IMG/VR virus record: IMGVR_UViG_3300045988_089680
Coordinates: 11,055-75,054 of that record
Source of the DNA: a virus
DNA length: 64,000 bases
Direction: 5' to 3' (one strand)
The position numbers and the translations under genes are program-made. Within the stretch, counting starts at the first letter, position 1; each line of letters starts with the position of its first letter. Of this stretch, positions 37,955 to 46,146 are shown in pieces. Under the pieces are notes generated by a model. The model searched no databases. It saw nothing but the letters and a program-made list of their open reading frames with translations, and was not told where the DNA came from.

Positions 37955-38009
37955 TATTTGCGGTTTATTTGCGGTTTATTTGCGGTTTATTTGTGGTTTA
38001 TTTGCGGTT
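37955..38009. repeat. 11-bp tandem repeat TATTTGCGGTT x5 (one G->T variant)
   Basis: Direct reading. Begins 18 bp upstream of the int start codon. Related half-copies at 38232-38254. Confidence 0.9.
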
Positions 38010-38269
38010 TATTTTACCCACATTTACTCAAAAATAATTAAGAATAATGTCTTTATATGCCTGTGGCGGCCAAGCCTATCTGTCTGACTTTCAAGCTATA
38101 ACTCTTGCCTCTATCCGATTCTATCTTCAACGTGCTATGTGCCTCTATAATAGGTTTTATGCATTGTATGGGAGTATAAATTTTTGAACCAAGTAACTGA
38201 TATTCACCACTTTACAAAAGATTACCATTGCAATTGCGGTGTATTTGCGGTTTTTTCGTGTTTGGCACC

Positions 38270-39265
38270 TTATAATGATGCTGCCATTTTGAAAGCTGAT
38301 ATAATACGAGCCCTCATATTGTATAGAGAATCTATATTGTCAATCTGTATCCATTCGTTGGTCTTGTAGGAATCAACAGGGAAGCAAATCTTAATAGAAG
38401 AACTACGCTTCGACTTTACTCGAATAATCCATCTCCAGACAGAACCACCTTGGTTGACAGTAAAATATGACTTGAACTTCTTGTATTGTATTTCTGAGCA
38501 TTTATCTTTCAGAACATCTTTTACAATCTCGTATGCTCTTAACTCAATTCTGTTTATTATAGGAGTCTCGTCAGTTTGAGGAGGTGTAGGTATAAAATCA
38601 TTCATTAATGACTTTATTGTACTTTTGTAAACAGAATGTAAAGATTTATCATATCCTTCTCCGAGGGCAGACTTGGTCGCATATTCTACGAAATCATCAC
38701 TCGGACACATTATGTTGTTATTGATAAAATCAGAAAGCATATGTCTTAGTCTTATCTCTGTGAACCTTTCTATTATTTTTAGCTCGTCTAAGCTGTTTTT
38801 AGAGAACAACCCTAATAATTCTATACCTACAGAATCACAATTGTTCATATCGAAAATAAAGAACGGTTTAGCATCCATTAAGTTTGTCTTATCAAAATCA
38901 GCAAAGAACCAATACTCAATACCGTTAGTTAAAACTGCAAAACGTGCGTTAGTAGCTACATAATATTTAGATAGTTGTGGGACAAACGGGGCAAGTTCTT
39001 TTGAGCATTGCTTACATTCGACTATCATCACTGGCTCTTCGTCCTTGAAAATAGCATAATCCACCCTATCACCTTTGTTGGATATGTCGCATGGCATTTC
39101 TGGTACAACCTCCAAGGGATTGTACACATCATAGCCCAAAGACAGCAATAACGGCAACACAAAAGCGTTCTTTGTGGCTTCCTCCGTGCCGATATGGTCT
39201 TTCATCTTTTCTATCTTTGTTGATAGATTATCTAAATTTTCTGTTAAGTTCATTGCCCTATACAT
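38270..39265 (-). CDS. HsdR_N-like PD-(D/E)xK nuclease-domain protein (stand-alone)
   Basis: GDRVDYAIFKDEEPVMIVECKQ gives a D...ExK motif. N-terminal NAFVLPLLLSLGY resembles the type I R-subunit N-terminal family. The C-terminal ~150 aa are unassigned. Confidence 0.55.
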   Translation of the reverse strand: MYRAMNLTENLDNLSTKIEKMKDHIGTEEATKNAFVLPLLLSLGYDVYNPLEVVPEMPCDISNKGDRVDYAIFKDEEPVMIVECKQCSKELAPFVPQLSKYYVATNARFAVLTNGIEYWFFADFDKTNLMDAKPFFIFDMNNCDSVGIELLGLFSKNSLDELKIIERFTEIRLRHMLSDFINNNIMCPSDDFVEYATKSALGEGYDKSLHSVYKSTIKSLMNDFIPTPPQTDETPIINRIELRAYEIVKDVLKDKCSEIQYKKFKSYFTVNQGGSVWRWIIRVKSKRSSSIKICFPVDSYKTNEWIQIDNIDSLYNMRARIISAFKMAASL

Positions 39266-39313
39266 TATATATAATACAAGCGTAAAAGTTAAACAAAGTA
39301 AAAGATAAGAAAT

Positions 39314-39359
39314 TTCTATCTATTCTATATAGATATTTAAGAAATTATTATTACCTTTG
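39314..39359 (+). promoter_or_regulatory. early promoter (-7 TACCTTTG at 39352-39359) with operator-like TCTATATAGA palindrome
   Basis: The -7 box and the next ~38 nt of leader are near-identical to 45298-45345. Palindrome at 39324-39333. Confidence 0.5.
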
Positions 39360-39468
39360 CAACGTAAAACTTAATATAACAATACAAAGATATGCAAATA
39401 TATTGTAATGTCGGTATTGTTTTTAGTTAAATGTACTAAGAGCAATTAAAAACATAAAGAAAACGGAT

Positions 39469-39726
39469 ATGAGATGCACTAAGAGCAATGGGTCGTCTAC
39501 TTCTATATTGAAGAGAACCGCAATTTATGGACTTTTAAACTTGTGGAAACAAGACATAGGTTGGAATAGAAAAACAAGAAAGGAGAAGAAAATCATCGTG
39601 TGGTTCATCCTTTCGTTTATAGTTATGGCTATAACGTTTGCAAGCATTCTGACCCTTCCTGCTGTAGTCAACTTTCTTATGGCAAACAATGCAATGAATA
39701 GAAATAAAATAGAAGTGGAGGAATAG
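39469..39726 (+). CDS. small membrane protein
   Basis: One TM helix (IIVWFILSFIVMAITFASILTLPAVV). Confidence 0.4.
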   Translation: MRCTKSNGSSTSILKRTAIYGLLNLWKQDIGWNRKTRKEKKIIVWFILSFIVMAITFASILTLPAVVNFLMANNAMNRNKIEVEE

Positions 39727-39728
39727 TC

Positions 39729-40004
39729 ATGGCAACATACATTAGTACAAGCGGTTTTGAATTAGATGTATTTCCGAGCAATGGAGAGAAGTTTACTTTG
39801 GAAGAACTACAGAAACTCGTCAATGGATATATTGAAAGAATAGCAATGCCGAACGGACAAGCTATGTATATCAATGAAGAAGGCAAACTAAATGATCTGC
39901 CATGGAACAGTAGAGCTACCACTATACTGAAATTACACGGACTCATCCCAAATGACTATATAGTTGGTGACGTAGTAATACTATCTAACGAAGAGGAGGA
40001 TTAA
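39729..40004 (+). CDS. DUF3846-like protein
   Basis: LEELQKLVNGYIE...INEEGKLNDLPWN...GDVVIL matches the pattern I recall for DUF3846. Confidence 0.5.
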   Translation: MATYISTSGFELDVFPSNGEKFTLEELQKLVNGYIERIAMPNGQAMYINEEGKLNDLPWNSRATTILKLHGLIPNDYIVGDVVILSNEEED

Positions 40005-40006
40005 GT

Positions 40007-40201
40007 ATGGCAAAATTCATAGAGTTAATCGACTATAGGGATGTTAAGCACTTTGTCAATATAGATAAGATAGAACAAGTGCTGAATGTTAAAGGTAATG
40101 AAACTCTAATATGTTTGCCGAATGACAGATTTATAGTCAGAAATTCATTCGAAGACATCGTTAAGAACATAAACAAGAAAGGAGGTTTCCCATGGCTGTA
40201 A
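40007..40201 (+). CDS. hypothetical protein
   Basis: 64-aa ORF. GAGGAGG upstream. Confidence 0.4.
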   Translation: MAKFIELIDYRDVKHFVNIDKIEQVLNVKGNETLICLPNDRFIVRNSFEDIVKNINKKGGFPWL

Positions 40202-40395
40202 CAAGCAACAAGCCAGAGGTTGTCGCAACTAGTAGATATAGCATCAATGAAACTTGTGCTATCCTCGGCATAACACGTAAGACACTTGCCAAGTACACAA
40301 CTGCAGGACAGATAGAGTGCGGTTTTAGGAAAGCCACCTTAAGAAAATTTTATACTGGACTATCCATCTTGAAATTTTGGATGGCTGCTGTTTAG
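40192..40395 (+). CDS. excisionase-family HTH protein
   Basis: SINETCAILGITRKTLAKYTTAGQIECG. Confidence 0.5.
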   Translation: MAVTSNKPEVVATSRYSINETCAILGITRKTLAKYTTAGQIECGFRKATLRKFYTGLSILKFWMAAV

Positions 40396-40483
40396 ACACT
40401 GAACCACATTAATATGATAAATTCATAAAGAGTTTTATTTGATTTTGACACTCGGTGTCTGTGAAGACGGTACGAGTGTTCTA

Positions 40484-40532
40484 TTGCTCCCAGGTAATCT
40501 TAGCGAAGAAACCTTGGGAGCAATTTTGATTT
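40484..40532 (+). terminator. rho-independent terminator
   Basis: TTGCTCCCA...TGGGAGCAA stem followed by TTTTGATTT. Confidence 0.6.
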
Positions 40533-40635
40533 AAAGACGTTCTAAGCGAGTTTTAGATAATCCACTAATAACTACCACATCTGAAACTTTCAGATGAATA
40601 AAGATTGAAACAGTAATGTATAAGCATTATAACGC

Positions 40636-40932
40636 TTACTCAATATTATCTGTTTCTTTTTGCGGTATAGCCGTGCAGACTAATTGGTTTGCTTTAATCA
40701 AATCTGAATGAAGTTCAAAAAGACCATCATCCATTCTACAATATAGAGAAGCTGCTACAACCTTGTTTTTCTTGTTTCGTCCTTGAATAGCATAAGCAAT
40801 ACCCATATTGTTTGTTCTTCCAAATGTCTCTGGAAGAAACACCCAATCGGCTTCTACTCCATATTCTTTACATAGCTCAAGTACTCTTTTTCGAATGTCA
40901 ATCAACGTTCGGCAGATAATTTTTGTTTTCAT
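40636..40932 (-). CDS. hypothetical protein downstream of the XRE regulator
   Basis: 98-aa ORF co-oriented with 40974-41273. Confidence 0.45.
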   Translation of the reverse strand: MKTKIICRTLIDIRKRVLELCKEYGVEADWVFLPETFGRTNNMGIAYAIQGRNKKNKVVAASLYCRMDDGLFELHSDLIKANQLVCTAIPQKETDNIE

Positions 40933-40973
40933 ACACTAATATTTGAATGTTCAACTATTCGATAAAACTGCAA

Positions 40974-41273
40974 TTATTTCAGCTTCGGTATAAGAGCTTC
41001 GAGGTCTTCTATAGAAGATGCGGAATACAGATTGTTACCTTTCTTTATTAAAGCGGTGAAGTCAGAAGAACTGGATAGTAAGGGTTGAGCAATCTCGTCT
41101 TCAAAGAACTCGTTAATATTAGCACCAATTATATCGGCTATTTTCCGCAAGTAGCTAACTTGCGGATTTCCCTTGCATATTTGGTTCGCAAGAGACCCAC
41201 GCAATATCCCCATTTCTTTAGCGACCGTAGCTAAATCATACCCATGTTTGCGTATAATCTTTGATATTTCCAT
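40974..41273 (-). CDS. XRE-family HTH regulator
   Basis: LATVAKEMGILRGSLANQICKGNPQVSYLRKIADIIG. Start moved to the ATG at 41273 (MEISKII). Confidence 0.6.
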   Translation of the reverse strand: MEISKIIRKHGYDLATVAKEMGILRGSLANQICKGNPQVSYLRKIADIIGANINEFFEDEIAQPLLSSSSDFTALIKKGNNLYSASSIEDLEALIPKLK

Positions 41274-41475
41274 ATATAATCTATTTAAATGATGTTCTAA
41301 CAATGCAAAGTTAACTATAAAACCCGAACAACCAAAACAATACACAAAAAATAACTTATACACGTTATAGGTTAGCAAAAGTTAATCTACGTAGATTATA
41401 TATAAGGTAAAGTTAAATATCATTTATATAGAGTATATATATGACAAAATCTTTGCTCATATCATTTATTTAGAT

Positions 41476-41483
41476 TATCTTTG
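41476..41483 (+). promoter_or_regulatory. -7 box TATCTTTG
   Basis: Lies 35 nt upstream of the 41518 ATG, divergent from the XRE gene. Confidence 0.45.
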
Positions 41484-41517
41484 CAATATCAAATAAAACA
41501 AATAAACAATATAAGAT

Positions 41518-41745
41518 ATGAAGAAGAATTTATCATACATCAAGAAGAACCTCAGCCAAACATTCGGCATCAAGTTCGACATTATTCCACAAGGAACAGT
41601 AGCAGCAATGGTTTACTTCAATGGTAACATTGATGAAGAACACCTCAATAGCGACATGCAAATCTACTGCGCTAAATTCGGCTATACTTGGACTGGTATT
41701 AAAAATGACGGTCACGATAAGTACTTCGCAATATTCACTTTTTAA
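41518..41745 (+). CDS. hypothetical protein
   Basis: 75-aa ORF in the track. Confidence 0.45.
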   Translation: MKKNLSYIKKNLSQTFGIKFDIIPQGTVAAMVYFNGNIDEEHLNSDMQIYCAKFGYTWTGIKNDGHDKYFAIFTF

Positions 41746-41757
41746 AAGTTAGCAGAT

Positions 41758-42009
41758 ATGGGAACTATATTCACGCAAGTAAACAACGGAACGCTCAAAA
41801 CCTACATACAAGGTAAATCAAGAGAGATATTCCGTAATTCAAGAGACTTGATTGAAAGAGCCCAAGCAAAAGGTTTCAAGCTTACCCAAAGGAAAGCTGG
41901 TAATAGTGGTGTTGGTCTTACCTACGCTGGCAATGGCTACAAAGTTCTCATTCAAATCTGTTATACCGAACTTGAAGTAATGATGTTTAAGGCAAATCAT
42001 AAAATCTAA
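41758..42009 (+). CDS. hypothetical protein
   Basis: 83-aa ORF in the track. Confidence 0.45.
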   Translation: MGTIFTQVNNGTLKTYIQGKSREIFRNSRDLIERAQAKGFKLTQRKAGNSGVGLTYAGNGYKVLIQICYTELEVMMFKANHKI

Positions 42010-42013
42010 AGAT

Positions 42014-42349
42014 ATGAGTACTACAAGAAAGAATCAGTTGAAGAAGGTCATGCAACTCGCCTGGCAGTTCGTCAAGAAAAACGGCTACACTCTCTCGGTA
42101 GCCTTGAAGATAGCTTGGGCAAATATAAAACTCCACACTGCAATGCAGACACGAATCGTTAAGTTCTACTTTCAGAAGGTGGACGGAACAATCAGAGAAG
42201 CGTTCGGTACGCTTAAATCATCCATCCTCCCTCCAACCAAGGAGAGCGGACGAACACCGAACCCAACCTGCCAAGTCTACTACGACACAGAAAAAGAAGC
42301 ATACAGAAGTTTTAAGAAAGCAAATCTCGTAAGAGTAGAGATGCACTAA
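42014..42349 (+). CDS. DUF2693-like (SH3-type) protein
   Basis: VKFYFQKVDGTIREAFGTL...YYDTEKEAYRSFKKANLVRV matches the pattern I recall for DUF2693. The stop lies inside CACTAAGAGCAATG. Confidence 0.45.
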   Translation: MSTTRKNQLKKVMQLAWQFVKKNGYTLSVALKIAWANIKLHTAMQTRIVKFYFQKVDGTIREAFGTLKSSILPPTKESGRTPNPTCQVYYDTEKEAYRSFKKANLVRVEMH

Positions 42350-42481
42350 GAGCAATGAAATAAGAATAGAAAAAGAAAGTAAGAGGGTGCGAGCGAGCAC
42401 ACACTAAGAGCAATGAATTATAGATAGATAGTTAAGCAACGGTTCACAAAAATAGAAGTTAAACCATAAATAGTAACAAAA

Positions 42482-42643
42482 ATGGAAAGAAAAGACAAAG
42501 AAAGCAAGATGAAGGATATTCATGCTGCAATCTGCATAGTGAACCAAATGTTAGAGTTTCTGCCGGACGATTACAAGAAGGACAGTGAAACCACACTCCC
42601 AATCTCAGTATTGGAAGATTACAAGAATATGTTGAACAAATAA
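42482..42643 (+). CDS. 53-aa hypothetical protein (below the track cutoff)
   Basis: Hand translation MERKDKESKMKDIHAAICIVNQMLEFLPDDYKKDSETTLPISVLEDYKNMLNK. Preferred over the antisense ORF 42459-42731. Confidence 0.35.
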   Translation: MERKDKESKMKDIHAAICIVNQMLEFLPDDYKKDSETTLPISVLEDYKNMLNK

Positions 42644-42654
42644 AATCAAGAACT

Positions 42655-43143
42655 ATGGAAGAAAAAGAAATCATGCTCACACCCTCAGTAAACAAGGACG
42701 GAATGACCTCACTCGAAATTGCAGAGGTCACGGGTAAAGAACACTATCACGTTATGAGAGACATTCGCAGCCTTTTGGAACAAGGCGTATCACAATCCAA
42801 CTTTGGTTTCTCATCGTATCAGCAACCGCAACCGAATGGTGGTTACAAGGAAGTACCCATGTACAACCTCACTCCAAAAGGCTGCTTGATACTTGCAAGC
42901 GGTTATAACGCTGTTCTTCGAGAGAAGATGATCGACCGCTTGTTTGAGTTGGAAGCCAAGGAGCGACAGTTCAAGCCACTTTCGGCATACCCCATGCTCA
43001 CCACAGAGCGCAAGAAAGCCGAGGAGTTAATGAGCAACACCTCTATGGAAGTGTTGGAGGACGCATCACTACTCATAGAGAATCATATCTTGAGAAGGAA
43101 ACTCCAAGAAGCTGGTATTGAGTATAAAGAACGTGTCTTTTAA
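42655..43143 (+). CDS. Rha-family phage regulatory protein
   Basis: MTSLEIAEVTGKEHYHVMRDIRSLLE...YNLTPKGCLILASGYN. Confidence 0.65.
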   Translation: MEEKEIMLTPSVNKDGMTSLEIAEVTGKEHYHVMRDIRSLLEQGVSQSNFGFSSYQQPQPNGGYKEVPMYNLTPKGCLILASGYNAVLREKMIDRLFELEAKERQFKPLSAYPMLTTERKKAEELMSNTSMEVLEDASLLIENHILRRKLQEAGIEYKERVF

Positions 43144-43169
43144 GTCTAACCGCCTATAAATCAATATAT

Positions 43170-43481
43170 ATGAAAGGATTAATCCAGTCAATAGCGGATA
43201 ACGCAAGACACAGATACGATTGTCTTGACGATAGCGAAATCATCGCTAATACACTTATCGACCTCAATGATGTCCTACAAGCCACACAAGGCTCATATAA
43301 GACGCAAACGCTGTCAAACCTACTATCATACTACCTCATTAGTTCAAGCGGTTCTAAGCGAGAAAAACAGGCTTTAGCGGAAGAAGTAGGCAAGATTATC
43401 TCCACCCTTGACGTTCTAAACAGCCGATCAGATGCACTCACATTACTACAATGTGCGATAGACCAAGAGTTGAATAAGTAA
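43170..43481 (+). CDS. hypothetical protein
   Basis: 103-aa ORF in the track. Confidence 0.45.
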   Translation: MKGLIQSIADNARHRYDCLDDSEIIANTLIDLNDVLQATQGSYKTQTLSNLLSYYLISSSGSKREKQALAEEVGKIISTLDVLNSRSDALTLLQCAIDQELNK

Positions 43482-43484
43482 GTA

Positions 43485-43523
43485 AAATCCCTCTCCAACT
43501 TGTTATGGAGAGGGATTTTTGCG
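43485..43523 (+). terminator. rho-independent terminator
   Basis: AAATCCCTCTCC-N10-GGAGAGGGATTT followed by TTGCG. Confidence 0.6.
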
Positions 43524-43557
43524 TTTAAACGAGCGCAAAACTGCGCTTATTGTCGGA

Positions 43558-43861
43558 TTTCCAAATGGGCACACAAAAGGCACACGCAAACAACTAAATA
43601 TCAACGACTTACGTAAGGTCTGATTTTAAAATGGGCACACAAAGGGCACACGGTGGGCACGCCAAGGGCAAACCTAACACCTTAAATATCAATAACTTAT
43701 AGAATATCAGATTTTAGAATGGGCACACCAACTTTAAAAAGTGGCAAGATTTTTAAGTCTCCCAAATTTCCAAATGGGCACACAAAGGGCACACGCAAAC
43801 AACTAAATATCAACGACTTACGTAAGGTCTGATTTTAAAATGGGCACACAAAGGGCACACG
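43558..43861. repeat. iteron array: two 95-bp direct repeats (43558-43652, 43767-43861) carrying AATGGGCACAC units
   Basis: AATGGGCACAC at 43564, 43630, 43718, 43773 and 43839. Each is followed by a GGGCACACG half-repeat. The two 95-bp copies differ at 1 position. Confidence 0.85.
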
Positions 43862-43870
43862 CCTTTCGCA

Positions 43871-43935
43871 GACAATAATAATATAGAATATATATAGTTA
43901 ATTATATATATTATTATATTATTTATTATTAGCTA
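43871..43935. promoter_or_regulatory. AT-only palindromic tract next to the iterons (candidate DNA-unwinding element)
   Basis: aataataatatagaatatatatagttaattatatatattattatattatttattatt, followed by GC-rich CGCGTGCGCGCGAGG. Confidence 0.5.
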
Positions 43936-43978
43936 TTACGCGTGCGCGCGAGGTTTTGCCGACTTTTGATGCGACCTT

Positions 43979-44485
43979 TTACTTTGTCAAGTTGGTTGAA
44001 AGCGAAATAGAACAAAGACGACCATCATCATCTATAGAAGGGACTGTGACTATAGTTATAGAATTACCTGCATTAGTAACCTTCTCTATTGTTATGTAGG
44101 CCGAGTAAGGAGACTCTTTCCCATCATCAATAGGTTTGACTAAAAAGCGGTGAATTTCAGAAAAGCCTTTATCGGAAAAAACCTTGTCTTTGGTGTATGT
44201 GCAAGAAACAATCTTGTACTTCTCCTCGAACTCTCCACCTTTGTCTTTGTAAAAAAAGCCATTGGCAACGGTAAAAACATTATCCAACCATAACGTATTA
44301 GCGTCGCAGTCCATTCTGTCTTCGTGTTTAGACACAAAATCACATGCACCATATAGCCAATGAATTTGTTCGGTTGTGGTCTTAACAACCATGCTTAGGT
44401 TAGAAACAGCGATTTCCTTGCGTTCTAAGCCCTTACAAGTGATACTTACTAACAATACCACTATTAACGAAATAAAATGTCTCAT
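43979..44485 (-). CDS. putative lipoprotein (moron)
   Basis: Signal peptide with a lipobox-like LLVSITC. Confidence 0.5.
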   Translation of the reverse strand: MRHFISLIVVLLVSITCKGLERKEIAVSNLSMVVKTTTEQIHWLYGACDFVSKHEDRMDCDANTLWLDNVFTVANGFFYKDKGGEFEEKYKIVSCTYTKDKVFSDKGFSEIHRFLVKPIDDGKESPYSAYITIEKVTNAGNSITIVTVPSIDDDGRLCSISLSTNLTK

Positions 44486-44772
44486 AGCTCAATACTTTTT
44501 GAATTAGTAAACATATTACCTACTCCTATCAATAACCAATTTGCATTAACACCGTAATCTTGTACTAAATGAGATAGCCATTCGGGCTTTAAGAACCTTC
44601 GTTCAGGTTCTTTTTTTAGGGTACTAAGATTCCAGTAGTTAATGTTGTATCGGTCTGTAAAAGTCTTCATTCCTCTCAGCTCTCTTCTCATCTGCAACGT
44701 GTCGAGTGCAAGAAAAAAGCGTTTTGTGATAGCAATCCCTTCTGGGGTTATATTTATTCTCATACGAAACAA
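44482..44772 (-). CDS. HTH regulator-like protein
   Basis: C-terminal NANWLLIGVGNMF resembles the WLLTGxGxM tail of Bacteroidota XRE-type repressors. ATGA overlap with the downstream gene. Confidence 0.4.
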   Translation of the reverse strand: MFRMRINITPEGIAITKRFFLALDTLQMRRELRGMKTFTDRYNINYWNLSTLKKEPERRFLKPEWLSHLVQDYGVNANWLLIGVGNMFTNSKSIEL

Positions 44773-44791
44773 TACTTGCCTTTAATGTAGA

Positions 44792-45229
44792 TTATATAGA
44801 TTTCTTGATCTCGTTTTCAGAAAATATATGTCCATTCGCCAACTTCTCGAAAGCACTTGCAAGGTGCTCGTATGCTTTGCGTAGCTCTCGTATCTCTTCA
44901 TCCTTTTGAGCGTTAATATTGATGAGATGATTGATAATAGTTAGCGAGTCAACCTGCTCTGCTTGCTTATCACGCAGAACTGTAGCTGACGAGCCTATTG
45001 ACTCATCAAGCATATCTCCATCCCCAGTTAACAACCATTCCAGCCGATACATAGGCTTGGCGGCACGAATAAGATTAGCTATTCGTGGACTTACCTTTTG
45101 TGTCTTACCTCGCAATGTGTCATACAAGGCTTGTGTCTTACTACCTACCAGTCCTATCTGTTGACAGAGCTGTGCAGCATTGATACATTCGTGCGCTAAA
45201 ATAGCGTTAATAACGTCTTTTCCTTCCAT
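44792..45229 (-). CDS. CI-like repressor
   Basis: HTH (AAQLCQQIGLVGSKTQALYDTLRG), WLLTGDGDML, then a coiled-coil C-terminus. Divergent from the Cro-like gene. ATG at 45229 preferred over the TTG at 45253. Confidence 0.6.
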   Translation of the reverse strand: MEGKDVINAILAHECINAAQLCQQIGLVGSKTQALYDTLRGKTQKVSPRIANLIRAAKPMYRLEWLLTGDGDMLDESIGSSATVLRDKQAEQVDSLTIINHLININAQKDEEIRELRKAYEHLASAFEKLANGHIFSENEIKKSI

Positions 45230-45258
45230 AATGTTAAATAATGCGAAAGACAAAGATA

Positions 45259-45305
45259 TTTCTACGTTTTCTATGTTGGTAATATAGAAATAATCACTAT
45301 CTTTG
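45259..45305 (+). promoter_or_regulatory. early rightward promoter (-7 TATCTTTG at 45298-45305) with TTCTAT/ATAGAA inverted repeat
   Basis: TTCTAT at 45269-45274 and ATAGAA at 45284-45289. The leader matches that of the promoter at 39352. Confidence 0.5.
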
Positions 45306-45353
45306 CAACGTAAAACTTACAATAACGATACAAATTTAATAAAAAGTATTTAT

Positions 45354-45590
45354 ATGGCAAACAACAATGACACAAAATGTGTAGATATGACCCTAAAGGG
45401 TTATTACGAAAATCTACCAAAGGCGACTTATCCTAAAAAGGATTTTCTCGCACGTGTGATGATTGAGTGCGATGTCTCTTTCACCACCGCCAACAACTGG
45501 GTAAAAGGTCATACAAAACCTGTGAAGCAAAGTCAGATTTCGGCACTTAGTAAAATAACTGGCATACCAGAAGAGAATCTATGGCAATAG
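45354..45590 (+). CDS. Cro/antirepressor-like small HTH protein
   Basis: 78 aa, first gene rightward of the divergent promoter region. ATG at 45354. Confidence 0.45.
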   Translation: MANNNDTKCVDMTLKGYYENLPKATYPKKDFLARVMIECDVSFTTANNWVKGHTKPVKQSQISALSKITGIPEENLWQ

Positions 45591-46141
45591 AGTTTTATCA
45601 ATATAACGATGAACTTTGGTTCAAAACCAACGATGGAAGAAATCAGGTTTTTACAGAACATGATTCTGAAATCATTCAGAAGTTAATAGATGCAATCCGT
45701 GAACGTTATCCCTCTGCATATAAGGCCCTTGAACTTGAATATCAGAAGAGTTCACTAAATGCACCATATTACCAGTATTTGATAGTGAGAAGGTTCTGTA
45801 AATGCAATTTCGGAAAACTCGAAACAACATCTTACGATATAGAATCTTCTGGAAAATTCAACTTCGAGAAAGTAGAATGTCCGTTACGCGGTGAATGTAA
45901 GAATGAAGGTGTAATATGTTGCCCACGCTTTAATTCTAAGCTCTCAGAGGCAGAGCTAAGAGTTATGAGACTCGTTTACGAAGGTGTTAGTAAGGACGAA
46001 ATATCAACACGTTTGTTCATAGCACCGAACACTATTAAGAATCACATCAAATCAGTATATCTGAAATTAGGCATCCATGACCAAATTGAGTTTGTGAGAT
46101 ATGCAAACGATAATAATTTGTTTAACGATTTAAAGCACTAA
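45581..46141 (+). CDS. LuxR/GerE-type HTH regulator with a Cys-rich N-terminal region
   Basis: LSEAELRVMRLVYEGVSKDEISTRLFIAPNTIKNHIKSVYLKLG. Confidence 0.65.
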   Translation: MAIEFYQYNDELWFKTNDGRNQVFTEHDSEIIQKLIDAIRERYPSAYKALELEYQKSSLNAPYYQYLIVRRFCKCNFGKLETTSYDIESSGKFNFEKVECPLRGECKNEGVICCPRFNSKLSEAELRVMRLVYEGVSKDEISTRLFIAPNTIKNHIKSVYLKLGIHDQIEFVRYANDNNLFNDLKH

Positions 46142-46146
46142 GAGCA

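Noticed and set aside
36500-38270. Assigning an exact attP core or a tRNA-derived attachment site
   Set aside because: I saw no tRNA 3'-end-like sequence near int. Repeats are reported, but the crossover site cannot be deduced without attB/attL/attR.
42459-42731. Minus-strand 90-aa ORF overlapping the Rha gene start
   Set aside because: Antisense to the Rha gene and to a 53-aa + strand ORF, with a low-complexity hydrophobic sequence.
43558-43861. CRISPR array
   Set aside because: The repeats are iteron-like (11-24 bp units within two 95-bp direct repeats), not regularly spaced by unique spacers. No cas genes are present.
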